Notes: generated by a model not told the origin, from the sequence alone. A DNA stretch of 64,000 nt from Mytilus trossulus (GCF_036588685.1 NC_086376.1:27404001-27468000); one strand, 5' to 3'; counted from the first letter of the stretch, positions 36,880 through 52,600 are shown. A program made the numbers and translations.

Positions 36880-37290
36880 CATTGTGTTTTAACTCCACGA
36901 TTTGCTATACTGATGTTGGCCTCTCACTAAATAATTCAAAGTTTGTTGAACACGTATATCCCATCGAACTTGAAATAACGGATACAAAAGGTACAGTTAA
37001 GTCTCCCTTATATCTTGACTTTGAAATTGACAATGAGAGTCGGTTAAGAGCAAAACTTTACGACACATGAGATGATTTCAGCTTTCCATTTGTGAGGTTT
37101 CCCTTTCGATGTAGCTATATTCCATTAGCGCCTGCATCTGGAGTATTATCTGCCAGTTGATACGATATTCCAGAGCTGGCCCCTTGATAAAGGGTTGCTA
37201 CATACAAGAAAGATATTGAACCAAGAGTTGCAACAAGTGAAGTTGAAAGCATCATTCACTAACGCCGTTTTAAGTTGGTTGTATGTAACA
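36880..37290 (+). pseudogene. Degenerate Penelope-like element reverse transcriptase fragment
   Basis: FNSTICYTDVGLSLNNSKF..YPIELEITDT..YLD..EIDNESRLRAKLYD*DDFSFP..FPF..S.IP.APASG..QLIRYSRA matches the decayed 'RYIDD..YLDL..LYDKRDDF.F' end of PLE RTs. Confidence 0.75.
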
Positions 37291-38789
37291 CAGCACATGT
37301 GTTCCTATTGTCGCAATCGTAATTCGGTAATCTTTTCCTCGAATGTGACCTACTGAAGTATCTGGGTACAACCTGTGGAGTTGGATCTGCTGACCATTCA
37401 GTTAAACATGTTATCACACACACCCGGCTTTTTTGTGTTTTTTTTTTGTTGCTCCGTATTTAATTTTCTATGTTATGTTAACTGTTGTTTGTCTTTTCGA
37501 CAGTCATCGTTTTTTACCATGGCAATGTCAGTTTGTTTGCGATAAGTTTAAATATCTCTTCGGGATCTTTCGACTGCCTTTTCCATGGTTCATTGATTCT
37601 TGGATTGAATATATCGGTACTATTTGATATTTATTTGATATTAGTTTGTATGTTATTCAAACTCATTGTTCGGTGTAAGTATGTTATGTAATACAAATAT
37701 ATAGCATAAGAGAAAACATCAATTCAAACAAAGGCAACAGAAGTACAAGTATACCACTGTTCAAAAGTCATAAAATAATTGAGAGAAACCAAATCTGGGT
37801 TACAAACTAAAACGGAGGGAAACACCTCAACTATCAGAGGAAAACAACGAAACAACAAAAACACTGAAATACAACAAAACAAACGACCATGCAACACACA
37901 TAGAAACAAACTTTTAGATATTAGAAATAAATGCCAAAGTCTTGACATTTTAAGAATAAACGGTTTGTTGAACCTGGTTTTGTGGCTAGCCAAACCTTGT
38001 GCTTCATGACAATTTTAAATATACCGCTAAAATGACAACATTACATGGTAAGAATACCTTCTTGAAACCTTTTTGGTCTATACTTAAAACTCTGCCTCAA
38101 GGAAGTCTTTGCTTTAATTTCAACATATATTGACATATGTGTCATTAATCATAATCATTGTAAATAAAATTATTGGTTGTTATGTAGCAGAGCCAGTGAA
38201 ATCCATAAATCACGAGTAAGAGAAGACTTTTATAATTTTGATATTCATGTATCCCTTAACGTTTCCCTTGTGGCATCAAATATGCTTAAAATAAAACATT
38301 TGCTCCATTCCTAAACCAAGAGCCTATGTTCGTACTGAAAAGTAGAAACAGTAAAACCCCTTGTCTTGGTAAAACACCAATTCAATTGAAACGATGGTTC
38401 CGAATTAAAGATGACGACGAAATGGCGTAATCTTTCAAAAGGCAAGTACATACTTCTGCATTACTTTTTGCCTTAACCTTTCTCCCAATGAGACTATATT
38501 GCCCACTGAAACCTCTTTGTTCCTTAACTTTTGTTCCAATGATGATTTTCCCCTAATTGAACCTCTTTTTGCCTAAACCTTTGCCCCAATGAGACGTCCT
38601 TGTACAATAAAAACTATTTTTGCCTTAGTTACCTTATTTCAATGAGGCATCATCACCCAAAGGAACCACTTATTTGCCTTTACCTTTCTCCCAATAAGGC
38701 TACATCGTCCACTGAAACCTTTTTTGTCTCAACCTTTGCCCCAATGCGGCGTCCTCGCCAAAAGGAAACTCTTTTTGCCTTAACCTTTA

Positions 38790-39220
38790 ATGCTTCATTG
38801 AACAACAAATCTCTGCGACATATAAAATTTTCTGACGTCAGACACACAAATCAATGAATGTGTTTGTAGATAGATGTTTTTGTGTTCTGTTAAATTGTTC
38901 CTTTTAAAATTGCTATACGAGGATGACTGATGTACCCATACTTTTGACTTTTTTATTTATTGTGTCTGTTTAGTTAACGCTTCAATGATATACAACGGAA
39001 TTTGATGAGGCTGTCATCAAAGTAAGAGGGTTAGCGTTATAAAACCAGGTTTAATCCACCATTTTCTACATTTGAAAAATGTCTGTACCAAGTCAGGAAT
39101 ATGACAGTTCTTGTCCATTCGTTTTTTATGCGTTTTTTTATTTGATTTTGCCATGTGATTATTGACTTTCCAAATTGATTTTCCTCTAAGTTCAGTATTT
39201 TTGTGATTTTACTTTTTTCA
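38790..39220 (+). mobile_element. Dispersed repeat inserted in a degenerate ~60-bp tandem array
   Basis: Shares CTGTACCAAGTCAGGAATATGACAG..TTTGTGATTTTACTTTT with 30270-30500 and ~34490-34625. The flanking TTTTGCC.TAACCTTT..CCAATGAG array resumes after it. Confidence 0.6.
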
Positions 39221-39976
39221 TCAACCAATTGAACCTTTTTTTGCCTCAACCTTTGTCCAATGAGGTGTCCTCCCCTAATAAAATATCATCAGACCATTTT
39301 TTCCCTAAAGGTTGGACAAATGAACATTCAAAAACCAAACTTTTTATTCAAATTTCAAAATACATTGACCTTCACATTTGATCTAATCAAAAGCGTTTGT
39401 GACCTTACTTACCCAAAATTAATCGTGGTTTTCCTCATCCATAGGTATTATCTACATATAGATGCTGTTTGCAATTCGGTTAATTCAAATTTAGAAATTT
39501 GCTATAAGCTTTAAAAGATTTGTCATTCACATTTCAGTCGTTTTTGACATTTTATAGGCTAAAGAAAAAATGCATTATACTTTTATTTGTTTAATTGAAT
39601 ATATCACAAAATATAAGCATAACAAAGCTACATGGATAAATAAGACTAGAAACATAAAAATGATTAAAAGATGTTTAGTTGTAACGTTAATGTTTTTATA
39701 CATATCTCTTTCTATGATGAGTTTCTACATCTTAGTACTTATAAGAGACAGATGATAGCCAGAAACATCATAATGGTTGAAAGATATCATCTCATTAATG
39801 CTGGTTACATATTTATTTTCATAGTGACTTTCTATACCTCATCACTGCTAAGAGACAGATGATAACCAATCTATTCAGAAACAAAATAAGACATATGGTT
39901 GTTTTGATAGATGGCAATGATTGTCTCACAATGAACACAATGTGTTATCCTACACTTCAACATAGATACACTTTGT

Positions 39977-40360
39977 AACTTCAACATGTCAATCATGATT
40001 AGTCCAGTTCTTTCACTATAATCTTACTTCAACATGTCAATCATGATTAGTCCAGTTCTTTCACTATAATCTAACTTCAACATGTCAATCATGATTAGTC
40101 CAGTTCTTTTACTCTAATCTAACTTCAACATGTCAATCATGATTAGTCCAGTTCTTTCACTCTAATCTAACTTCAACATGTCAATCATGATTAGTCCAGT
40201 TCTTTCACTCTAATCTAAAATCTAACTTCAACATGTCAGTCATGATTAGTCCAGTTCTTTCACTCTAATCTAACTCCAACATGTCAATCATAATTAGTCC
40301 AGTACTTTCACTCTAATCTAACTTCAACATGTCAATCAAGATAAGTCCCAATCTAACTTC
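39977..40360. repeat. 48-bp minisatellite, ~7-8 copies
   Basis: Unit AACTTCAACATGTCAATCATGATTAGTCCAGTTCTTTCACTCTAATCT. Confidence 0.95.
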
Positions 40361-41689
40361 CATATAGCTAGTATATAATTTCAATCAGTTTTCAAAGGTA
40401 CTACATATATTTTCAGATCTGGTGATAATAAATACATTTTAAACACTGGGGTGGGAACACCATATAGAAGAATACCCCCCACTCTCTGTTCCTACTCCAA
40501 CTGTGAACACAAATAAATGATAAAGCTACGTGAGATATAGAATATATCATAAACATGATAAATAGAAGACTGATTTATAAAATAAAGAAATACCCTTATA
40601 TAACAAGGAAAAGAAAATAACAAAAAATAATATCATAGAATAACTTCTTTATCTAAATCTTGTCATATTTTGTTTCATTCTTCTAAAACTATCACTTTTT
40701 ATATATAAAACACAAATTTTGATCCTTAGCCCATCAAATCTATACTTACTAAATAAAGAATACCGGTACATAGCATTGAAATGATTATATTTCTACTTCT
40801 AACTACATATAGTGGATTATCACAATATAATCTGTGAAATAAAATAATTATTTTCAAAACAATCCACATTAACTATTAACAATAACATTTTTAAAAGTAG
40901 TAATAATCTTGGAAAGACAAATGGTGAAAAATTATATCTAGCAGTTACCCTAACCATTACAATTAACAAAAATCATTCATTTTAACTTTCTTTAACTTAA
41001 AAAAACATTCTTCATATCTATCAATGCATATTATCTTTGAACAATCTTTCATCAATCCAAAACTTCTACTGACTAGTTATTTAATATAATCATCGGCTGG
41101 TGTAAAAATCTTAAACTCAGTGATTTGAAAGTGTATTTTAATGCAGAGTTTTCTACACATTTCACTGAAATTATGCAAGATTGGGAAAATTAATTAAAAA
41201 AATCAAAAATTCAACTTACATACATCAGAAAGGCACTACAATATGTAAGTATTTAAAAAATACTTCAATTTGAAGTCTGTTTAGAATTAAATTTGCCTAA
41301 TATATTTTTCAACTTTCCTTGAAAATTGGACAAGTAAATAAGTTGAGAATTGCTTATTTCAGTTATTTAATAGTACTCAATATGCAAGTTATATGTTAAC
41401 ATTTCAATTCAAGTACCATTTATAAGAAAAGGGTTGCAAATTTTTGCTTCCAATGGTCTTCCACAATTGATTAAAAAAATTTGCAGTTCAATATACTATA
41501 CATCTCACATATAATACATAATAAAAGCTATAGGTTAAAAATCAGTTTCCCTCAGTTCCCAATTACAATCATCAGCTTTTCACATTTTTCGCCCCCAAAA
41601 AAGTCATTTATTTAAAAATAGTATTTGATAATCCTGTTCAAGTGACAGAAATTCATAATTTACGATCTAGTAAAGGAAGAGGTGTGAAA

Positions 41690-41880
41690 TTTGTTTTTGG
41701 TTAACAAAAATCTATCCATTCCCAATCCGCCTGATCAAATGCTTTTTGTTGGTCCAAGAATATAGTGTGCCCTCCTTTATATGTGTTTGGTTCATTTGAC
41801 ACAGTTTCTTCTTGTCTTGCAACTAAACATTTAATATCTCACATCAATGCACAGATTAAAGGTGAATTTCTATTACTTAG
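41690..41880 (-). pseudogene. Highly decayed L1/Tx1-type non-LTR RT fragment
   Basis: Minus strand gives IFLDQQKAFDQADWEWIDF, resembling the L1/Tx1 RT motif LDQEKAFDRVDW. Surrounding sequence is full of stops. Confidence 0.5.
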
Positions 41881-44800
41881 TGACTTGAAGTCTTTGTAAC
41901 TGGTTCTCATACCTATAAAATTATCATGCAAATATTGCAATACTAAAATTGTAATCATCTATTTCTCATCGATAAGAAGATTGCAAGTTAACTATGGTAA
42001 CCCATCATTAGGATAATCAATATTTGAGAAAAGCTTTCTACACTGTTGTTAAGATTTTGAACACCCCAAAAACTATTGATATATTATCCTCAAAGTAATT
42101 CTTTTTTTTATCACAAGAGGAATTTTTGTTAATTTCATCAGAGAAACAGTATATTTGTAAATAATATAACAATCTTTTAATAAACATAAATCACAACCTT
42201 TTAATAAATATAAATCAAATCAGATGTGATATATAGGTCAATGAGACAGCAACCCAATGACACAGAATTATATTTAAGTTCACGAACATTGAAGTTCCAA
42301 AAAGGATTTTTACATATCATGTAAGAAGTCTCTTCCTCTTCGTAAAACCTTTACAAAAAACCGAAACAGATATGTAAAGGTTTATCTAATGGTGAAGAGA
42401 CTTGAAACTAAATTAAACTTATCATTCTATAAGGAAACACCTCTTTTATTTCTTGAAATTAACATTTAAAAACAATAAGATTGATAAATGAAAGCAATAG
42501 AACATTATTTAGATACTAGTAATTTGGAAATTTCAGATACTATCAAAAATAATGTGGTTTGATTGCAATGAGACAACTATCCACCCGAGACTACATGGCA
42601 TGAATGTAAGCAATTATAATTCACTGTACAGCCTTCAACAATAGGAAAACCCATATCCTTTGGAGCTATAAAAGGCCCTGTCATGAAAATTCAACAAGAA
42701 AAATCAAACAACCTGATTGGTGATAAAACAATAAATGAAAAACAAGTATGACAGACAGCAACCAAACACAACCTATGAATCACAGACTTTATAAGTCATG
42801 ACTTGAGCCTGGCACATACAGAAGTTGGCATGGTTTAAACTATTTGTAAGCACTCAATCCTCCCCAACCAGGGACAATGGTGAAACAGCACAATATAAGA
42901 ATAAACTTGGTTTGACTGATCAGATCTGCATGAAGCACAAAAAACTATCAAAGAGACTAACAATCCAAAAAATATCTCTAGTACAGATCTAATTTACTCA
43001 CAGATAATAAAGACATGTTTGTGATAAAAGTATAACAAGAGAGATTTGTAACCAAAAGCGGTCTAACACAATTGAATAAGATTCTTTCCCTAAGGGAGTA
43101 GCAAACTTAGTGTGTAAATTTACCAAATTAATCAGATTATAGTTTATCTAAATGAACATTATAAATCTCAGGACATTCCTAATCATGTATTATTGGGCTG
43201 ATTACTTCTCCTGTGTTGTAATAATTTTAACTAGCAAATTAACAAAAAAAAACAGAAAAAAACTTGTATTTGTTCATTGGATTGTTTATATCAATAAATG
43301 TCTTTCGTTCGAATACAATAAAAAAAAAGGTTCAATTTTATTAATTTAAAGGTAAATATTCCAGGTGCCAATAAAAATGTAAAAAACAGTAAAAATGCTA
43401 AAAATCAATGCAAATAATAATCATGTTTAATTTTTGATAAAAATCTACAGATAATTTGGCATAAAAAGACTGATTTATATTCCTTTGGCACTCTAAAATA
43501 AATCACTAATTTAAAACAAATTGGCAAGTAAATTAAACAACTGTATTTAAATTTTTAACAATACACCTTCACCAAGTTTATTGGCACATTTGTATCGACA
43601 TAGCTTTTTACTAATTCAAACAAATTTGGCAGGTAAATTTAAAACCTGCATTAAAATTGTAACAATATACCTACATTAAATTTATTGGCACATTTACATC
43701 TAAACTGTTTTTCACTAATTCAAAAACATCCACTAGTAAATTTAACACCTGAATAACATCATAACAACACACATGTTCTGAGTTGTTTAGGTACTGGCAG
43801 AGTTCAAGCATTAAAAACAACAAATTGCTGGCCTCATGTCTAAAAATCTTTTTATTTTTTCCTATCACGTTTTGAGGTTATTTACAGAAGCACTTAATGT
43901 TATAAAATGACAAGTATAGAAGCACTACCAATGTAAGTGTTGTTAGTTTGAGCACTTGGACTTATCAGAAACACTATCAAAATAAGTTTTGTTAGTTTGG
44001 GCACTTAAGCAAAAAGAAGCACTATCAATGTAAGTATTGTTAGTTTTAGCACTTGAGCAAACTGAAGCACTATCAAAATTTGTGAGAAAAAAAATAGCAC
44101 TCTTATTGGAATTTCATTTAAAAAAATACAGCATAAGCACTCAGGACTCATTTTTTGTTCTCAACATGAATTATAATCATACCTTTGTCAATAAATGTAC
44201 ATATTGTCTTTAGTCAATAAAATTCAGATGTTAAAAAAAAAATCCCCAAAAAATCATACAAATGAAACAACATAGCCTACATGTCACCACTGACAACAAA
44301 TATGAACCAGACATCATGACTGATAAGCCAGTATGAATGAGGAACAACAACATAAAATTAAAAATACCAAATACCATATAAATTAAGATAAAGTATATAT
44401 ATATAGTTATATACAGTCAGTAACAAGCATTTTGCCATTCAAATTTAAAAATAACTATTTCTCAGACATTTAAATAATAAAAATAAAAGTTGAACTATGG
44501 AAATTGATCGTTGGTAGCTTTATATTTTATTTTTAACATTTGACATTACAAAAGGTTATGGTTATATATATGTATGTGTGTGTTTGAGGGTTCCTGCTAA
44601 TATAATACCAATGAACTTGCACTAACAGACTTTCAACAAGTATCACTAAAGACACAGGTAAAAAAATCAATAATTATAAATCAATATATATATATATATA
44701 TATAAAGTTCTTAAAGATGTGAATGTTAGTAACAAAACTTTTATTTTGAAACTAGTGTACTAAATTTAAGTTTTTTCATTTTATAGGATGTATATTTATA

Positions 44801-45365
44801 TAAAATCAAGTTAAAAAGGAAATAACTTACAAGGCCTTGACCTTACATGACTTTGGAATAATTAAAAAATATATATTTGAATGGCATACAAGCTTTATAA
44901 ACATATAAAGTAATTGCAAAATATTGCTGTCATAAAAGCTTTTTAAATAGGAACTGTAAAAGTATTGCTGTTTACTATATAAACCAACAAAAATTTCAAG
45001 TAATGCACATTGCCTTTACCCCAAAAAATACATACCCTAACACAAACTTTATTTCACCCTCATAAGCATGATAAACAGTGCAGAGATAATAAAAAAAAAA
45101 AAAAAAAAATATCTTACAAATGTGTTTACATGTTACTGACTTTACAAACAAAAATTTTAATATTCAATTATTTAATTCATTGTAACAAATAAAAAGTGTC
45201 AATATCCTACTATATTTCATGTGAAGTATTGATTGAAATTTATGATTTAAGATCTATGAACTCATGACCACAAAGTTTTTGTCATTTTTAAAATTATTAG
45301 ATTCAATATTCAAATAACTCATTATAGAGCAGATTTTTACCCTGAGAAAAACATTTTTATATCAA

Positions 45366-45944
45366 AGGAGTAAGTTCGGTAAGGGTCATATTTGGCCCCA
45401 ATTATAAAGTTCAGAGTTAAAAGATAATAAATGTCTAAAGTTGCCTTAAAGACATGTTAGAAAGTTAAACAGAACTGTTTTTGTCAAAGTTTAATTCTAT
45501 GACGTTGATTTTTACATCCAAAAAAGGTCAAGATAAGGGATTTTGGTGAAATATGACAAAATCAGCTAGATTTTGGCCAAATAAAGGACAAGGAAACATA
45601 GAGCGCAGGCGTTGACAAGCTTAAGACTCAAATAAAAAATTTGAAATGTCTTCACAAACATTATTTTAAAAGATCTTTGTTGTCGACGTATGCGCTCTAT
45701 GTTGCCTGTCCAATGATCTATGAAAATTCACCCATTTTCCTTGATTTTTTCATGAAAAATCAATATGAGTACAACTTGTGACGTCATAATGAAACGCAGA
45801 AACGTAAAATTTTCAACAAAATGGTTCACATCCTAGCTAGTCAATGTGTTGGCTATAATTTAGCGTGATATTGGTCGGTAAATCCGAATTTTAAATTTAC
45901 GCAAAAAAACGGGGCCATTTTATGACCTTATCGAACATACTCCT
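45366..45944. mobile_element. Kolobok-like MITE
   Basis: Imperfect TIRs AGGAGTA(A/T)GTTCG(G/A)TAAGG..; flanks TCAA/TTAT (decayed TTAA). Confidence 0.6.
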
Positions 45945-46442
45945 TTATTGTAAGTAACAAAAAAAATATATAAACTATCATGTTCTTTACAATATTACTT
46001 TTCATGTTGCAATACAGATATTCTTGTTTGACTGTTAAAGCGTCAATAACAGAAATTTCAAGAACATGCACATTTAACATGTATTAATCAATCTTTGCTA
46101 TTAAGTATGTGGTCATTTGCGTTAAATAAGACAGCTTATAATCTTTATTGAATTAAATTTCCTATAAAATTAGTTTTGAAGAAAATATTTTGCTTTTTTC
46201 TTAAAATTAAATTTTGGTTCAATATGGCTGATATCAAATAATCTAAACCACAGGGACATTGTATTCAATGAGTATTTAAATTTAACATTCTAAAATAATA
46301 ACAGTGGTCCATGACAACAGTTGCTGAACACACCAGATACAGTAGCCATGGAAACGACAGATGAGCAAACCTCAAATGATAACCAATGAAATGCTAGTAT
46401 TGTTGATTCACTGGCTTTTTTCATAATTTTTTGTTCTCATAT

Positions 46443-46620
46443 TCAACCCTGCACTTCTTCTATATCAGTATCTTCAAATGCAAATCTTGAAGGTCGTCTG
46501 AAGCAAAGACATGCTGTTGTACATCGCTGTAATCGTGTGAACTGTGCCTGTCTCTGTATTAGTCTCTTCTTGCTGTCTTCATTGATAGCATTGTTATACA
46601 ACTCATATTCATTTACATAC
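46443..46620 (-). CDS. RHOBTB: RhoBTB terminal exon
   Basis: [24 protein letters not shown]...EEVQG*. Confidence 0.85.
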
Positions 46621-49600
46621 CTGCAAAATTCATGTTGGATATACATAGATTCTTTAAAATGCATGTATTTCTCACTAGGCATAATCTTGATTTTTATTGT
46701 CAGTTGCAATTTTTGTTTACCTGTGCGACATGTAAATCAAGAATTGGCTCCCTTATACTGATTTGATTGGGATTTGACTTCGCACAGAAGTCAGTCAGCC
46801 CCGCAAGTTTTAAAATTCTTTGGTGACTTAAATCATCCTTTCGCCAGCCTGTAATATGTAATCCAGAAGATTTCAAAATTTATATTTTTTTTAATTATGC
46901 TTTTTGAAAAAAAACATGGTTCTATAAGAAATATTAAAATACAATAAAAAGTATAACCTGCATTCCAAGGTTGGAGTCCTAGTATTTTAAATGATAATAA
47001 TACCACAAATAACAATACCATACATTGTCAAGGAGCTGTAAGTAGAAGTAATAACACTTAAATTAACTGATAATTCAGAAGATTGCGTTAAATATAGAAT
47101 ATAAATTTACCATGCTGGCGTCCATCTGTTTTTTTCCAAAAATTTCAGATTGTCTTTGGATAATGCCTGCATGTAATGTTTGTTGTATTTCCATGCGTCT
47201 GGATAATGTTGACAAACATATTCTAAACACCAAGCAGCAAGCTGGTATGCATTGTGTAACTGAAAAAAGGACACAGATGGATTCATGACAAAATTGTGTT
47301 TTGGTGATGGTGATGTGTTTGAAGTTCTTACTTTACTGAAGGTTCTTGCTACTTACAATTATCTCTGTCTATAATGAACTTTGCCCATTGAAACAGAGGA
47401 AATTATTTTGTAAAAAATTTCAAAAATTTACCACATTAATGAAATTGTTAAAAAATTACTATAAAAGGCACTAACTCCTAAGTGGTCAACTGACCATTTT
47501 AGCCATGTAACTTATTTGTAGATCTTAATTTGCTGAACATTATTGCTGTTTACACTTTATCTCTATCTATAATAGTATTCAAGATAATAACCAAAAACGT
47601 CAAAATTTTCTTTAAAAATTACCAATTTGGGGACAGCAACCCAACAACTGGTTGTCCAATTCATCTGAAAATTTCAGGGCAAATAGACATTTACTTAATA
47701 AACAATTTGATCCTGTTAGATTTGCCTAAATACTTTGGTTTCTGAGCTATAAGCCAATATCTACATTTTACCCCTATGTTCTATTTTCAGTCATGGCGGC
47801 CATCTTGGTTGGTTGGCTGGGTCACTGCACACATTTTTTAATCTATATAACCCAATGATGATAGTGGCCAAGTTTGGTTAAATTTGACCATGTAGTTGAA
47901 GAGGAGAAGATTTTTGTAAAAGTTAAGGACCACGTCAGATGACGTACGATAGAGGACGGACGACAAGTGATGAGAAAATCTCACTTGGCCCTTTGGGACA
48001 GCTGACTAAAAACTTGAAATTCAGTCCATTTATAATTATTTTTTATCAAAGCATTTAGTACATGTATATTCAATCAATTGTTTTTACTGGAACTCAGCCA
48101 AATCTTCTGTGAGCAAGTTCATATTTTACACCTTGTTTAATTCATTTGCTATGGTGGAAAGTTGAATTCCATACTGTGATAGAGTTTGCAAGTTAACCTG
48201 TCCAAAGTCTGATTCCCTCGCATTCTTCAATTTTCAATTTCAATAACACTCCTATAAATGCTAAAGTACCACTTACAAATCAAATGTTTTGCACAATTTT
48301 TAATATATATTGTTTCAATGAAGAATTTTTACTTAAACTGAACTGCAAATGGGGGAAGAACAGGTAACCATGCATTTGACCCTGAACAAATTAAATAGGT
48401 ATACACTTTATTACCCGTACATTTTGAATCATTACCCTTGAAAGCAATGTATTTACATTGATGTTAGAACTAATACTTGGCCTGCTGTTGTTTTAACAAA
48501 AGTACTTACACAAGCTTAAGTCAGAACATAATATTTTGATGCTCACATAATATTGAGAACAAAATTCTATATATTAAAGTAATTAAACATATCTACTACT
48601 TTCTTACATGTGATGGTTCTATCAAGAGAATGACATCTTCTAAAATGTTGACTTTCTGGTCATCCCACATCTGGAACTGTTCTACAATGGCATTCTCTAT
48701 CAACTTGACAAACCTTGGAAGACAGAACCTGTTGGCCACTTCTATCAAAGCCAGACAATCCACATCCATTACATTTGTTACACAACCAGTGTACAGAAAC
48801 TCTTGTAAAACCTTGAACACATCAGCAGTCACACCTGGTAAGGGGATCTGAAATTTAATGAACATGGAACACATCAATAGGCAAACCTGGTAAGGGGATC
48901 TGAAATTTAATGAACATGGAACACATCAATAGGCACACCTGGTAAGGGGATCTGAAATTTAATGAACATGGAACACATCAATAGGCACACTTGGTAAGGG
49001 GATCTGAAATTTAATGAACATGGAACACATCAATAGGCACACCTGGTAAGGGGATCTGAAATTTAATGAACATGGAACACATCAATAGGCACACCTGGTA
49101 AGGGGATCTGAAATTTAATGAACATGGAACACATCAACAGTCACACCTGTCAACAACTGAGAGACATGTTTTGACTTTGGATTTAACATCTGGAACAAGA
49201 TTTAGAAATTACAATTTATAAATGACTTTTCTTTTTTCAGAATTTTTAAAATAATTAAGCACTGATGACTAATATGATTATTTCATGTTAACCATGGATC
49301 CTTTTGTTGAAGGTTCTAAATGGATATCCTTTTGTTTGCTATTCTGTCCACAATTTTCATTTTCAGTGTTGTTTTCTTTTTTCAAAAAAAAAAAAAATTG
49401 TCAGCAGTTCTGTTGTCATCAACTGTCCCTAGTAAACCTTGTTATCATGGTTATCATATCATTATATTGCAAATGCAGACTTTTATATTGCATCATAAAA
49501 ATTCAAAATCTTGAACATACCACAGGAGCAGAGGCCTCCATGAAATTAGCTGTAAACATGGCAGCCATCATGTCACAACGTGCCATTAATAATGGTTTGT

Positions 49601-52600
49601 GGGCACTTACAATATCATCATCCAAGGAAAACTTTACATCTGAAAACAAGTTTTCAATGTATAATGTATAAATTTAGTTAAAATCCTTTTAAGTACTGTG
49701 GACATTACTAAGTTACTTATGGATGAACAGAGTCAACAGACACTATAGTACGTTCATACATTTCTGTCCTCATTTGGAAGCAAAATAGATACATAATAGG
49801 GGATCTACTACAAGAATTTACTTTTTTTTTAAGTTACCGGGGTAAGTTATGTTTTCTGAAAATAGGGGTTACAATTAATTCTAGGCCATAAATTTACTAT
49901 TTCATTATATTCAGCTTCATGTGCACACAACCATAATAAAAACATCTTTATTTTCCAAGTCTATTGTTATATTTAGTTCACATTGGTTTAATGATTATAA
50001 CTGTTCTTGATTCAAAACAATGTATATGATTATCAATGGAAAACTGTAGCTTTCTCATCAGTTACCACATATAACATTAGTCAGAAAAAAAACAATTTAA
50101 TCAGGCAAAACTTGAACAATTCTAAATTTAACTCAAACAGAGTAAATTGATATAAATTACTATATTTCAACTTATTAACTGCAAACTTTTAACTTATTGT
50201 GAAATTCTAAGTCAACAAAATTTGAGACAAAATTTAAAGAAGACTGTGTTTTCCATATTAGACTTTACATTAAATATCTGTTTTGATCAAATGTATGCAA
50301 AAGGATGATAAAATTCTGGAAGAGTTAAATTACATTCAAGGAATGCTGCTTCTCTTGTTTTTGAATATTTGCCAGATATATACTGTAAACCAACTTATTT
50401 TCGCGGATACTGTATTTCATGTTTTACCCTTTCTTGACAACTTTGTGGCTTTTTAATTTAGCAATTATCTGATTAACTTGATGACATTTATTAAGTAAAG
50501 ATCAAAGATTGACGACGATTTATATTGGCGTTATTTTTCTACTCGCGAAAGTCGTCAATTGCTCGCGAAAATAAGTTGGTTTACAGTATTCAGAATCCTC
50601 AGGTTTTTTCTATGAAGTGCCAGTAAAAATCAAGCCCACTAACCACTTCTTTTCTCTCAATTATTTGATAACATATAGTGTAAATGTCATCTAACAAATT
50701 ATTACTAAATCCTATCTATTTCTACATTGTTTTTTGAAAGAAGAAAGGTACAAATGTTAAGTGTATGAAAAATCTAGAGAGAATTATTTCCTGCCAAATT
50801 TTCAATGGCTTATATATATATCCTGAAACAAGCACATGAACCTTTCATTTTTAAAATTGTTTTTTGATCTATATACTATATAATATCAATTGCAAGCAGT
50901 TTTTTTTTTTTAAAAAGCTTGTTATTTTAAAACAGAGTAGCAAACATCCTTAAGTAATATCAAGATTGTTACCTGTAAATGCTCCTTTGTGAATAGCCAT
51001 TCTGTTTAAAGCATCACATCTATCATGTCTAAATTGCTTTTGTAATTTTGAGTTCAGGAAAGCTTCCTTTGATTGAAGATTAGAAATCTGCAAAAGTAAA
51101 TCTTTTAACTGGAGAAGCTCAGCAGCTTGTTTGGCTTCCGGTAAGATGTCAAAGTCTTCTTTTGCTGTGCCAGTATATAAATACTCTAATACATATTGCA
51201 AAGCAAGAGGAGTTACTTCCCTTGCTACAGTTAATACAGTGATCATTTCTCCATGCATCCTATTGAATGGGTCCTGACATTGCTTGTATTCAATAGTTTC
51301 AAATCCTGGTAATTTAATGTCATGGCAAAATGCTGTCTGCTGTGTTGTCTCAGAAGTTTTGACAGCAGATTTGTCATGACTACAATAGTCTGCCATTAAA
51401 ATTTCTTCAAATATTTGACATGAGGAAGCCAGTATTACCCTATGAGCTGTAAAGCAGACATCCCGCACACTAATCAACATATCTCCAACATTTTGTCTGG
51501 TATGTATCTCAGCAAGTTCTTCATTTATTGTACTCTCAGGGACTTTTATCTCTGGAAACAATCTCATTGGCCATTCCATTGGCTTTTGGATGAGTGGATA
51601 TTTTATTCTGCGTAGTTGTGGACTCCAAAATTTGATCTTTCTTCTTTCAATCATGGCTGCTCTGATTACATTAAAAAAGACATCATCCACACCATGATGT
51701 GTTAAAACACTTGTTTCATAGTATGGTGCACCTATCTGCTTTGCAACTGTTCTCCCTTTTTCTGGTAAAATAACATGTTCTGGTTTTACTTCTCTAAAAC
51801 ATAAAATATTTGTTTTTTTCATAAACAAGCAATAGCTGCATTTATCATCATCATCATTATCATTTATCATTATCATGAATTATAATCATCCTCAAAAGCT
51901 CATTTGTTATAATCATTGTCATGAATTATAATCATTGTCATAAAATTTAGTCATTGTCATGAAGTATAATCATTGTCATAAAGTACAATCATTGTCATAA
52001 AGTATAGTCATTGTCATGAAGTATAATCATTGTCATGAAGTATAATCATTGTCATGAAGTAAAGTCATTGTCATAAAGTATAGTCATTGTCATAAAGTAT
52101 AACCATTGTCATAAAATATTAATCATTGTCATAAATTATGCAATAAGACTATTGGGTTAAGGGAGCTGTTTGTGCAATAATACTTGTTTTCTTGTTCTTT
52201 TGTTTTTGCTGGACAGAGATTTTGTTTATCCATTATAGTTTTCTATGAAACTCTTTTCATATTATAGATGAAGTTTACCATAGGTTTACCTAAAAATATA
52301 GGTTTCCATTTTCATTTTCAATTTTATTCCTTTGTCATTTTTTTCTTACATGTACATTTGTACATACAGTGTAAGTGCGAATTTCATACAATTCAGAGAT
52401 ATTATTTTGAATAATGTCTATATCAGAAATTTTTGGACACACATACATGTACATGTGTTATCTTCATAAGTACATAGATACTATCAAATTTACACATAGT
52501 AAATGTCTTATCAATATCTCTGTGTATTACAAGTACATATAACAAACATTCTAACATGACGTCCTTCATACGCTTTGAGTACACACCCGTGGTAAAATAT

